Counted from the first letter of the whole stretch, positions 25,623-37,310 are shown. The stretch is 63,964 nucleotides of DNA, filler included, from Lama guanicoe (GCA_013239625.1; 80 parts of 78 records of this genome joined end to end with filler, not necessarily neighbours in it), one strand, 5' to 3'. Made by a program: numbers and translations. Notes: a model not told the origin generated them from the sequence alone.

Positions 25623-26704
25623 TTTATGGCTGCGTAGTATTCCATTGTATGAGTATATCACAACTTCTTATTAAGCCATCTATTGATGGACATTTAGGTT
25701 GTTTCAATGTCTTTTTTTTTTACATTTTTTTATTGATTCAAAATCATTTTACAGTGTTGTGTCAAATCCCAGTGTAGAGCACAATTTTTCAGTTATACAT
25801 GAACTTAGGTATATGCATTGTCACATTGTTTTCTCTGTGAGCTACTGTAAGATCTTGTGTATATTTCCCTGTGCCATACAGTNNNNNNNNNNNNNNNNNN
25901 NNNNNNNNNNNNNNNNNNNNNNNNNNNNNNNNNNNNNNNNNNNNNNNNNNNNNNNNNNNNNNNNNNNNNNNNNNNNNNNNNNNNNNNNNNNNNNNNNNNN
26001 NNNNNNNNNNNNNNNNNNNNNNNNNNNNNNNNNNNNNNNNNNNNNNNNNNNNNNNNNNNNNNNNNNNNNNNNNNNNNNNNNNNNNNNNNNNNNNNNNNNN
26101 NNNNNNNNNNNNNNNNNNNNNNNNNNNNNNNNNNNNNNNNNNNNNNNNNNNNNNNNNNNNNNNNNNNNNNNNNNNNNNNNNNNNNNNNNNNNNNNNNNNN
26201 NNNNNNNNNNNNNNNNNNNNNNNNNNNNNNNNNNNNNNNNNNNNNNNNNNNNNNNNNNNNNNNNNNNNNNNNNNNNNNNNNNNNNNNNNNNNNNNNNNNN
26301 NNNNNNNNNNNNNNNNNNNNNNNNNNNNNNNNNNNNNNNNNNNNNNNNNNNNNNNNNNNNNNNNNNNNNNNNNNNNNNNNNNNNNNNNNNNNNNNNNNNN
26401 NNNNNNNNNNNNNNNNNNNNNNNNNNNNNNNNNNNNNNNNNNNNNNNNNNNNNNNNNNNNNNNNNNNNNNNNNNNNNNNNNAGCTATACAGTTTTCCCAG
26501 CACCACTCATTGAAGTGACTGTATTTTCTCCATTTTATATTCTTCCCTCCTTTGTTATAGATTAATTGATCATAAACCCCTGAGTTTATTTCTACACTCT
26601 GTATTCTTTTCCACGGACATATGTGTCTGTTTTGCACCGGTACCATGCTTTTTTAATTACTGTAGCTTTGTAGTATAGTCTAAAGGGAGGGAATATGATT
26701 TCTC
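25623..26704 (-). mobile_element. LINE-1 pieces: older L1 interrupted at ~25711 by the poly(T) tail and 3' end of a younger L1; ORF2 after the gap
   Basis: T-run at 25712 followed by L1 3' UTR; minus-strand YDQLIYNKGGKNIKWRKYSHFNEWCWEN (L1 ORF2). Confidence 0.85.
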
Positions 26705-26804
26705 NNNNNNNNNNNNNNNNNNNNNNNNNNNNNNNNNNNNNNNNNNNNTTAATTAATTAANNNNNNNNNNNNNNNNNNNNNNNNNNNNNNNNNNNNNNNN
26801 NNNN

Positions 26805-27721
26805 TCGTCCCCCTGAGTGTTTTCCTAATGTCTGGCTGCCAGGGAATGATAGGAAACTGCACTGAAATTCCCAGGGTCAGCGGCTGCCACCCCAAGGTCA
26901 AGGAATTTATTTCTCTGACTTCACACGAACAGGGAACACCTGTGACGGAAGAGAGCTGCATGGAGTTATCTCTCGAGCTCCCCCAAGCAATGATAAAAGC
27001 GTCGGGAGGTTCCACCAAATGTCCGCAGCGCATGCGTTCTAAGGGAATGCCTAAGCTCGTCACCCCTGAGGGTTTTCCCAATATCTCTGTGCCAGGAAAC
27101 GCATTGGGGGGTTTACAGGAAATCCCAGACACAGAGGCTGCCTCCCTAAGGTCAGGGAAGATTTTTCTGGGACTTTCCCCGAACCGGGAACACTTGTGAC
27201 TGAAGAGAGCTGCGTGGTGTTTTCTTTCGAGCTCCCCCACGCACTGATTATGGTTCCGGAATCCTGAGCATGGGAAGGTTCCACCAACGGTCGGCAGTGT
27301 GTGGGTTCTAACGGACTGCATAAGCTCGTCACCCCTGAGGGTTTTCCTAATATCTCTGTGCCAGGAAACGCTAGGGGGGTTTACAGGAATTCCCAGAGAT
27401 AGACGCTGCCTCCCTAAGTTCAGGGAAGGTATTTCTCGGACTTCCCCCGAACCGGGAACACTTGTGACTGAAGAGAGCTGCGTGGTGGTGTCTCTCGAGC
27501 TCCCCCACGCACTGATTATGGTTCCGGAATCCTGAGCATGGGAAGGTTCCACCAACGGTCGGCAGCGCGTGGGTTCTAAAGGAATGCCTAAGTTCTTCTG
27601 CCCTGATGGTTTTCCTGATGTCTCTCTGACAGGGAATGTTATTGGGGGTTTCAGGAATTCCCAGATATAGATGCTGCCTCCCTAAGTTCAGGGAAGGTAT
27701 TTCTCGGACTTCCCCCGAACC
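26805..27721 (-). repeat. Satellite family A, ~3.4 monomers
   Basis: ttccggaatcctgagcatggg at 27254 and 27522 (period 268). Confidence 0.95.
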
Positions 27722-28433
27722 NNNNNNNNNNNNNNNNNNNNNNNNNNNNNNNNNNNNNNNNNNNNTTAATTAATTAANNNNNNNNNNNNNNNNNNNNNNN
27801 NNNNNNNNNNNNNNNNNNNNNGAAGCTAACAAAGCTAATGGTGTCCACTTCCAAGAGCCCCTGTCACCACAGTTGTTCTAATTTTCTATTTGTAATTTTT
27901 TTCTTTTCATTAAATTGAAACTCCCAATTGCATAGAATTCTTACCAGATATCATGATGGCAGCCCTTCAAAACCCGACCACAGAGATCATGATGGTACCC
28001 CTTCTTGGTGAAACAATAAAATGAAAAGCCATATCCACAAGACCTCTGTGTAAATCTACTAGGGAACTTCATCCTGGATTGAGAGGAAGAGGACTGGGGA
28101 GGAGGGAGTAATCTGGGGCACATAGAACTATGGGCCACCTGTCCCACGATGGACTTTAGACTCACCCTTACCCTCCAGGAACTTCAAAATACACACTGAC
28201 AGAGTTCTATGGACAAGATATTTTTTTAAAACAAATCCCTGAATCCCTAGCAGATCTTGTTTCTACCGNNNNNNNNNNNNNNNNNNNNNNNNNNNNNNNN
28301 NNNNNNNNNNNNTTAATTAATTAANNNNNNNNNNNNNNNNNNNNNNNNNNNNNNNNNNNNNNNNNNNNGTCGACATTTGCCGACATCAGTTTTAATCTTG
28401 TTATCCTGCATAATCTGGCAGTCCTCTGGTAGA

Positions 28434-28754
28434 TCAGTTTTGATTAGGATGACTTTCATAAACTGAAGATATCTGATGAGTTGGCCTTGAAAGAGAGATA
28501 GCTGATGCATCAGCTATCACTGGCGCTGGAGACCGTGGGTTGATCCCTGGTTGAAGTTTAGAAAAACGACCTTCATTGGCAGATATGTTGAGATATCTAT
28601 TTGGAAAAATAGAAGTCTCCACCATCTGTCCAAAATAATTCCTCTGCAAGGGAGACAAGTTGCTGTACTGAGAAATACATGTTGTAGTTGTAATGAAGTT
28701 CACAACACGGCCATTTGCTTCAATGCTGCTGCTTTGAGAGTGCCCGTGGAGAGT
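28434..28754 (-). CDS. HSFY: HSFY (heat shock transcription factor, Y-linked) C-terminal 106 codons to the stop; 5' truncated by scaffold edge
   Basis: TLHGHSQSSSIEANGRVVNFITTTTCISQYSNLSPLQRNYFGQMVE..PVIADASA..YESHPNQN* is colinear with the human HSFY C-terminus as I recall it (HMHSHSTYMQARGHIVNFITTTTSQYHIISPLQNGYFGLTVE..PTIADRSA..KYHPNYN*); stop at the same position. Confidence 0.88.
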   Translation of the reverse strand, partial: TLHGHSQSSSIEANGRVVNFITTTTCISQYSNLSPLQRNYFGQMVETSIFPNRYLNISANEGRFSKLQPGINPRSPAPVIADASAISLSRPTHQISSVYESHPNQN

Positions 28755-29613
28755 GNNNNNNNNNNNNNNNNNNNNNNNNNNNNNNNNNNNNNNNNNNNNT
28801 TAATTAATTAANNNNNNNNNNNNNNNNNNNNNNNNNNNNNNNNNNNNNNNNNNNNTAACACAGTTGACCAGAATTTGCCTGGATGAATCTCCAGATACAG
28901 AGAAACATAAAGATATGCCAAGGTAGTCAGATGCCAGATTTATAAAGAAATGACTAAACTAAGTTGAGTTTGTGTGCTTAGAGTTGGAAAGGTATTAATT
29001 GCCACCCTGAGGACGTAAGCTTGTCTTTGGCTGGAACATAAAAGCAACATAAAGTATCAACTAGAAAATATAGTGTAGACTCTTGAGGGCAGGAAATGAA
29101 AGTACCAATTGGAATGCTTTGAGAACAACACAAAGAACACCATAGATAAAATTACTTCTTAAATTCTACCACATGCTGAATGTGCCTTCTGAGACTACAT
29201 CATGGGACTGTTATGATACTAGGAATGATATAGCAGAGACCATTACCCCTGGGCCGGTTCCTGCCTTTAACTCCTGTTCCAACCTAACCTAACTTAACAC
29301 TTTGAATACTTTCCAGGATGAACCAGAAACCACTTAGTACTTTTCCGTCTCTTCATGTTTTAGTCTTTCTCCAAATTCTTCCATTTTCTCTTATTCCTTA
29401 CAAAANNNNNNNNNNNNNNNNNNNNNNNNNNNNNNNNNNNNNNNNNNNNNNNNNNNNNNGTTTTTGTTTAAATGTTAACTTAGTCTCCCATTTAACTCTT
29501 AACTCTATTTAAANNNNNNNNNNNNNNNNNNNNNNNNNNNNNNNNNNNNNNNNNNNNTTAATTAATTAANNNNNNNNNNNNNNNNNNNNNNNNNNNNNNN
29601 NNNNNNNNNNNNN

Positions 29614-30100
29614 TGCACAATTACTTATGTAACCAATTCTCTATTGCTGGATATTATTTCACGACAGTTTTTCTTCCCACCATTTTAAACAGTGCTGTGT
29701 AAATGCCCTGATGGGTACATCCTTTTGGACTGAACTTTTTTTTCCTAAAGGAAATGATTCCTACAAGTGGTGTTGTGTCAGTGTGTACGTACGTTTTTCA
29801 GAGTTAACATATCCATTGACATGTCGTCCTCCGAAATTGTTGCTCATGGTTTGTTCTCCCACAGATGGACAGTAGCTAGAATATCTATTAAAAATATTTG
29901 CACATATGATGAGCAAAAGTGCTTTTTCATTGTTTTACTTTGCATTTGATGACCAGTGAGGTATTGAGCATTTTTCACTCATTAGCCATTTGACATTTTT
30001 AAAATGAACGATTCCTTTAATCCTTTGCACATATTAAAGTGAGGGAGCTTTTTGTTCCTTTTTGACAGCTCTTTGTATGTTATGAACATTAACTTCTTGT
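29614..30100 (-). mobile_element. Ancient LINE-1 (L1ME-like) fragment
   Basis: cattgttttactttgcattt..attgagcatttttcac..attagccattt. Confidence 0.6.
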
Positions 30101-30200
30101 NNNNNNNNNNNNNNNNNNNNNNNNNNNNNNNNNNNNNNNNNNNNTTAATTAATTAANNNNNNNNNNNNNNNNNNNNNNNNNNNNNNNNNNNNNNNNNNNN

Positions 30201-30688
30201 CTGCACGCAGCTCTCCTCAGTCACAGGTATTCCCTGTAAGGGGAAGACCGAGAAATATCTTTCCTGACTTTGAGGAGGCAGCCTCTGCCACTGGGACTTC
30301 CTTCAAACCCCCAACACGCGCTGCTGACCGTTGGTGGAACCTCCCCACGCTCAGGATTCCGGAACAATTGTCAGTGCGTGGGGCAGCCCAAGAGACAACT
30401 CCACGCAGCTCTCTTCATTCACAGGTGTTCCCTGTTCGGGGAAGTCCGAGAAAAACCTTCCCTGAGCTTGCGGAGGAAGCCTCTGCCCCTGGGGCTTCCT
30501 GTAAACCCCGCTAGCATTCCCTGGCACAGAGACATTAGGAAAACCCTCATTGGAGATGAGCTTAGGCATTCCGTTAGAACCCACGCGCTGCCGACCTTTG
30601 GTGGAACCTCCCCACGCTCAGGACTACGGAACCATTGTGAGTGCGTCGGGGAGGTGGAGAGACAACTCCACGCAGCTCTCTTCATTCA
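30201..30688 (+). repeat. Satellite family A (one monomer internally deleted)
   Basis: ctccacgcagctctc landmarks at 30201, 30399, 30666 (spacings 198 and 267). Confidence 0.93.
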
Positions 30689-32779
30689 NNNNNNNNNNNN
30701 NNNNNNNNNNNNNNNNNNNNNNNNNNNNNNNNTTAATTAATTAANNNNNNNNNNNNNNNNNNNNNNNNNNNNNNNNNNNNNNNNNNNNTTTAATCTGTTT
30801 TTGTCTCTCCCTTCAGTGTCCCTAGCAGTTGCCACTTAGTCACTTCAGCAGCCTCCCTCCCAACATCGAGTCTAGGAAATCAGCTGTGATGAGGGGCCCG
30901 GGGTCAGTCACAGAAGATGCAACTAAGGCACAGAGAGGCTGCAAAATTTGCCCAAGGAGATCATCTTCAACCCCCAACAGTGTGTGTCAAAGCCCTCTAT
31001 TTAACTCTTATGCTAAGCAAGCTAACTTTTTGTAGATTATGGTTATAAACAGATGAGGTATAAAAATACATACAAGGACACACATCAACTCTAAGATGCT
31101 CATTAACTCCACTATTTTGTTTCTATTTATTTCTATTANNNNNNNNNNNNNNNNNNNNNNNNNNNNNNNNNNNNNNNNNNNNNNNNNNNNNNNNNNNNNN
31201 NNNNNNNNNNNNNNNNNNNNNNNNNNNNNNNNNNNNNNNNNNNNNNNNNNNNNNNNNNNNNNNNNNNNNNNNNNNNNNNNNNNNNNNNNNNNNNNNNNNN
31301 NNNNNNNNNNNNNNNNNNNNNNNNNNNNNNNNNNNNNNNNNNNNNNNNNNNNNNNNNNNNNNNNNNNNNNNNNNNNNNNNNNNNNNNNNNNNNNNNNNNN
31401 NNNNNNNNNNNNNNNNNNNNNNNNNNNNNNNNNNNNNNNNNNNNNNNNNNNNNNNNNNNNNNNNNNNNNNNCATTCATCCTTTCCTTTTTACCATCGAAA
31501 CATGCCTTCAATCTGTTCGCTTTTACCCACTGACCATCTCACCACTCAAGGGGAAGCCACCAACACTGCCCACCTGGACTCATGAGTCTCCCAAGTGGCC
31601 CCACAGCCACTCTCCCCTACTTGAGACAAATGGGATTGTGTGACTTCCGCGTTTTTTGGACTATTTTCAGACCCACTGTTCCTAGAAGAAACTCCAAGTT
31701 CTTCACCTGGTGNNNNNNNNNNNNNNNNNNNNNNNNNNNNNNNNNNNNNNNNNNNNTTAATTAATTAANNNNNNNNNNNNNNNNNNNNNNNNNNNNNNNN
31801 NNNNNNNNNNNNTTCATTCTGGTGTGAATGAATGTTTAAAATTTCTGGATTTTGACCTTTAAAACATGCTGATTTATCAGAACAGTTAAAAACCTGATGT
31901 TTGTTCCTTGTTTGGTAGGGCAACCTATTGATTTATGTTGTCTGTTATAGAGGGAAATTCTTCCTCTAGCCTGTAGATAATTAAGTGAATGGTTTGCAGT
32001 GTGCCTTAAAAATTATTTGAATGCATTGAGCATGTTTGTCCAGTGAATTTTGGATTGAGTCATAATAATNNNNNNNNNNNNNNNNNNNNNNNNNNNNNNN
32101 NNNNNNNNNNNNNNNNNNNNNNNNNNNNNNNNNNNNNNNNNNNNNNNNNNNNNNNNNNNNNNNNNNNNNNNNNNNNNNNNNNNNNNNNNNNNNNNNNNNN
32201 NNNNNNNNNNNNNNNNNNNNNNNNNNNNNNNNNNNNNNNNNNNNNNNNNNNNNNNNNNNNNNNNNNNNNNNNNNNNNNNNNNNNNNNNNNNNNNNNNNNN
32301 NNNNNNNNNNNNNNNNNNNNNNNNNNNNNNNNNNNNNNNNNNNNNNNNNNNNNNNNNNNNNNNNNNNNNNNNNNNNNNNNNNNNNNNNNNNNNNNNNNNN
32401 NNNNNNNNNNNNNNNNNNNNNNNNNNNNNNNNNNNNNNNNNNNCATTTGTGTTGAATTCATTCTCTAGGCATGATGATTCCTGTTGCCTTTGTGGAAAGT
32501 GTAGATGAAGGGAAACAAATGCTTTGTTTTGTTTTCAGGAGGCCTGAGATGCTGATGAGAAAAGAGTAGAGGGTGGGCTGAGGAAAATAGTGATAGACCC
32601 TCACCTCCAGACTGAAATTGATGAACAAACAAATCAATTAAGTGTATTGGTATTTGACTAATAGATGTCAGACAGCCCANNNNNNNNNNNNNNNNNNNNN
32701 NNNNNNNNNNNNNNNNNNNNNNNTTAATTAATTAANNNNNNNNNNNNNNNNNNNNNNNNNNNNNNNNNNNNNNNNNNNN

Positions 32780-33541
32780 CAGAGTAAGTGTTTCCCCTGC
32801 AACCCGTTCCCTTTGTGCTGGATGAGCGTTCGTCTCTCCACATGCTAATTTCTGAGAGATAAGTGTGTGTGAAAGCCGTCCTTCACGTAGCTTGAAGGGC
32901 ACACAAAGTTTCTTTTCAGTTGCCAACTCCACTCCATGCATATATATGGAAGGTGCAAGCTCCAACTCGGTTTTACAGTGAACACGGCAGGCACTTCAAA
33001 CCGGCACTAGGAAACAGACTGAGAAACCAGAGTAAGTGTTTTTCCTGCTACCCGTTCCCTTTGTGCTTAATGATCGAACGTCTCTCCACATGCTCAGTTC
33101 TGAGAGATAAGTGTTTGTGAAAGCTGTCCTTCACCAAGCTTGAAGGGAATACAAAGTTTCTTTTCAGTTGCCAAATCCACTCCATACATATATATGGGGA
33201 GGTACAAGCTCCAACTCGGTTTTACAGTGAAAACGGCAGTCAATCCAAACCGGCACTAGGAAACAGACTGAGAAACCAGAGTAAGAGTTTCAAGTGCTAC
33301 CCGTTCCCTTTGTGCTTAGTGAGCGAACGTCTCTACACATGCTCAGTTCTGAGAGATAAGTGTGTGTGAAAGCCGTCCTTCACCTAACTTGAAGGGAACA
33401 CAAAGTTTCTTTTCAGTTGCCAACACCACTCCATACATATATATGGGGATGTACAAGCTCCAACTCGGGTTTACAGTGACACTTCAATCCGCCTCTAGGA
33501 AACAGATCGAGAAACCAGAGTAAGTGTTTCTCCTGCAACCC
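32780..33541 (+). repeat. Satellite family C, three tandem monomers
   Basis: cagagtaag at 32780, 33028, 33277, 33516 (periods 248, 249, 239). Confidence 0.95.
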
Positions 33542-33641
33542 NNNNNNNNNNNNNNNNNNNNNNNNNNNNNNNNNNNNNNNNNNNNTTAATTAATTAANNN
33601 NNNNNNNNNNNNNNNNNNNNNNNNNNNNNNNNNNNNNNNNN

Positions 33642-34112
33642 CACCCATGGGCCTGCAGACTCCTGTGCCAGCACACTCCTGGGCCTGCACGGTATTGGGC
33701 CTGCCCTCTCCTGGGCCTGCACACTCTTGGGCCTGCCCTCTCCTGGGCCTGCACACACACGGGCCTACTCTCTCCTGGGCCTAAACCCTCCTGTGTATGC
33801 ACATTAATNNNNNNNNNNNNNNNNNNNNNNNNNNNNNNNNNNNNNNNNNNNNNNNNNNNNNNNNNNNNNNNNNNNNNNNNNNNNNNNNNNNNNNNNNNNN
33901 NNNNNNNNNNNNNNNNNNNNNNNNNNNNNNNNNNNNNNNNNNNNNNNNNNNNNNNNNNNNNNGGCCTGCCTTCTCCTGGGCCTGCACACACATGGGCCTA
34001 CTCTCTCCTGGGCCTAAACCCTCCTGTGTATGAACATTAAAGGGCCTGTACTCTCCTGTGCCAGCACACTCCTTGGCCTGCTCCCTCCTGGGCTTGCACA
34101 CTCCTGGTCCTG
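33642..34112 (+). repeat. 16-bp GC-rich minisatellite (consensus ~GGGCCTGCACACTCCT)
   Basis: gggcctgcacggtatt/gggcctgccctctcct/gggcctgcacactctt/... exact 16-nt register. Confidence 0.9.
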
Positions 34113-34212
34113 NNNNNNNNNNNNNNNNNNNNNNNNNNNNNNNNNNNNNNNNNNNNTTAATTAATTAANNNNNNNNNNNNNNNNNNNNNNNNNNNNNNNN
34201 NNNNNNNNNNNN

Positions 34213-34650
34213 CAATGAAACAGAATGTTCTGGGTGTATTTCAATAGAGTTATTTTCTCCTATACAGGCAGGAAGCATGAGGAATTTTCCTCTGACCTTC
34301 ATTCTGAGAACAGGACACGTTCTTGGAGGTAAAATGCATGGAAAAGAGCAGGGGGCCCATCTGACTGGCCCCCTGGAGTTGTCACACNNNNNNNNNNNNN
34401 NNNNNNNNNNNNNNNNNNNNNNNNNNNNNNNCTGTTAAATCTGCCTGCCCCCGGGGTTATTACAAAAGACGGTTCTGCCCTGGGAGCTGTGACTTTCTAA
34501 GCCTGCCCTGCTGCCTCTCTGGGTTGGGAGCAGCTTTACCCCTCAGTTTTCTTGTGGATCTAAGAAGAGCAGTGGGTTTTCAGCTCCCTCAGCTCTGGTA
34601 TTTTAAGGGCAGAAGGAGCAACTTCTGAGCTCCTCACAAGCTGGACTAGA
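34213..34650 (-). mobile_element. Old LINE-1 5' end (L1MC/L1MD-type)
   Basis: gatctaagaagagcagtgggttttcag..gcaacttctgagctcctcacaagctggact resembles the L1MC/MD 5' terminal consensus. Confidence 0.55.
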
Positions 34651-35069
34651 GTCTGCAAGCCTCCCCTCCTCTGCCTCCATGCAGACAATCAGTGGCTGTG
34701 GTTCTAGCCGAATTTCTGAAGATGTGGATTTAAACACACACATCCCAGCCCCCACAGGAGCACACAGTCCCATAAATCCCTACAACATCCACTGGTAACT
34801 ACGGAGCTGATGAGGACATGGGTTTCGGGGCTGCAGGGGCCTGACTGCACGACTTGCTCCGTGACCTATTAACGTGTTTGCTCTGGGCCTTGTCCCAAGT
34901 GGCTTGCTTACTATACCTGTTACATGGGAAATATAAAATAAGTACTAGAACCTCCAATTTTTCTCCCTCNNNNNNNNNNNNNNNNNNNNNNNNNNNNNNN
35001 NNNNNNNNNNNNNTTAATTAATTAANNNNNNNNNNNNNNNNNNNNNNNNNNNNNNNNNNNNNNNNNNNN

Positions 35070-35493
35070 AAACCACACTTTCCCCCGCACTCCCGCCTAG
35101 ACTTTCCATCAGGGAAAAACAAGCAATGGATTTCAATTAGAACCCAGGCGCTGCTGTCAGTTGGAGGAACTTCCCTGCACTCAGAATTCCAGAACACATT
35201 CTTATGTGTGGGAGAGTTATGCAGCCCCACTCCACCCAGATGACTGGAGGAAAAGTTGTTCCGTTTAGGGAGAAGTCCTCTAAGTACTTCCTCAGTGGAT
35301 CAGGGGGCACTCACTGCTACTTGGCCTCCAAGCCCAACCCCCAGCTTTCCCTGATGGCCAGGCATAAAGGAAAACTCAGGGAACAGAAGCTAAGGGATAC
35401 TAATAGAATCCAGGTGCTGCTGTCAGTTTGAAGAACCTCCCCAAACTCAGAATAGCAGAACACTTCTTCGCGTGTGTGCTGGATGTAGGGAAA
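35070..35493 (+). repeat. Satellite family B
   Basis: tagaa(c/t)ccagg(c/t)gctgctgtcagtt at 35138 and 35404 (period 266). Confidence 0.88.
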
Positions 35494-36449
35494 NNNNNNN
35501 NNNNNNNNNNNNNNNNNNNNNNNNNNNNNNNNNNNNNTTAATTAATTAANNNNNNNNNNNNNNNNNNNNNNNNNNNNNNNNNNNNNNNNNNNNTCCCCCA
35601 TTGAATCAAACCACAAATCAGGCACTCACATTACAAAAGAGAAAAAGAAAAAACCTGTCAGTGCGTGTGCTCCATAAACTGATTTTCCTTTCCTATATAT
35701 TTTTCTAAATTATTAAGCCCCAGTGTACTTGGAGTTCAGAGATGTTTGTGCTCTCCTCAGCATGAGGGAGAACATTCTATTTCCAACCATATCCTGCTAG
35801 GTGTATATATATATAAATCTTCTAATGATTTTTTTAAAAAATGTCCTCCCTGTCACTTAAAATATATCACTTGAAAACTATTTGGCTTCTGTTATAAGCT
35901 GTCAGCCCCTTTAAAACTCACTCATGGATTCTTTCCTTTCTTATACACATATTAACATATTTTTAATTTAGCAAATAACAATATAAACTCTTTCCTCTTT
36001 CTTCAGGGTGGGGTGCTACTGCCTAGATGATGTTGTTTAGCAACCATATCAGTTTAATATCAAAAATCCAAATATAATAAAAACACATAACCATTAATAT
36101 TATCACTTCTTTGAGACAGATTTGATTCTACAATATCAATATGCTGAAAGTGAGGGTTTTTCCCCCTAATGTCTTCTATTGTTTGCCAATAGATACCATC
36201 ACAGAGGGAAAATCTCCCAGTCGACTGAGTTGGACCATTAGCATATAAAAGCGTGGGTGCTGTTTTGTTCACATCTGCATGTTCAATGCCTCAGTAATTA
36301 TTAATAAACAAATGCATTTCATAAAGGAGATAAGGCAAACATAAGATCCNNNNNNNNNNNNNNNNNNNNNNNNNNNNNNNNNNNNNNNNNNNNTTAATTA
36401 ATTAANNNNNNNNNNNNNNNNNNNNNNNNNNNNNNNNNNNNNNNNNNNN

Positions 36450-37310
36450 TATGTCTAAACACTAACTCTTTTATTTCCTTCAGTACTTAGATCACTCCAT
36501 TTTTGAAATCTTCATCTAGTAGGTATCGATGTCTTTTTCACTGATCATTCTTTCAGGGGATTTCTCTTGTTCTTTTAATTTGGGATAGTTTCTCTGCTTC
36601 TTCATCTTTCTACTACCTCTCTGGTACTGATTGTTATGGAGTATTTGTTATATACTGTTGTCCTAAAGGACTAGATCTACCTAATGACAATGTTGTAATA
36701 CAACTTAGAAAACAGAAAAAAGAGGGAGAGAGATAAAGAATTTTAAAGAAGGGAGAAATAAAGCTTTGAAGACATTGCATAATGAATAATATTAAAGCAA
36801 GTTGAAGCAGAGTTTGAAAAATAATAATAATAAAAATATTTTTAAAAATTTCAAAGGGATTAAAATGGGGGTATATATAATTGAATAAGAAGTATAAATT
36901 AACAGGATAATAGAAAATGGAACAGCTAAAAACAGATTAAAACAAGGGGGTGGTCTGTGTCTTCCTGGGGACTGTGTAATTTTAATGTGAAATCTTTCTG
37001 TATTCATCCTGTTTTGGAAGCTCAGCTTGCTGTTTCCAGAGGCCCTCCATTGAAGCCCTCATCTGTGCTGCTCCCAGGACATTTTGGCAAGCAGATCCCT
37101 TCTACACTAAACACTGGTTCAGGTGCAGCTCCCTTTACTCTTGGCTGGTTTGTCACTGCCCTGCCCGATGCTGCAGACAGATGTTGCAGACTGACAAGGA
37201 AGGATTGGGCATTATGCCCTTTCCCAGCACCAGGGTCAGGGGCTGCATTCCGGCTCAAAATTTGAGGGGCAACCCGCTCTCTCAGGTTGCCAATCACTCT
37301 GCTGCTCTGT
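36450..37310 (-). mobile_element. LINE-1 5' UTR plus ORF1 start
   Basis: 36450-36620 homologous to the ORF1 start at 56365-56530; 36950-37310 homologous to 18070-18440. Confidence 0.82.

Noticed and set aside
26749..27555. 268-aa ORF with internal repeats (and similar ORFs at 30270, 43403, 51491)
   Set aside because: Chance read-through of GC-rich satellite A; frame not conserved between monomers
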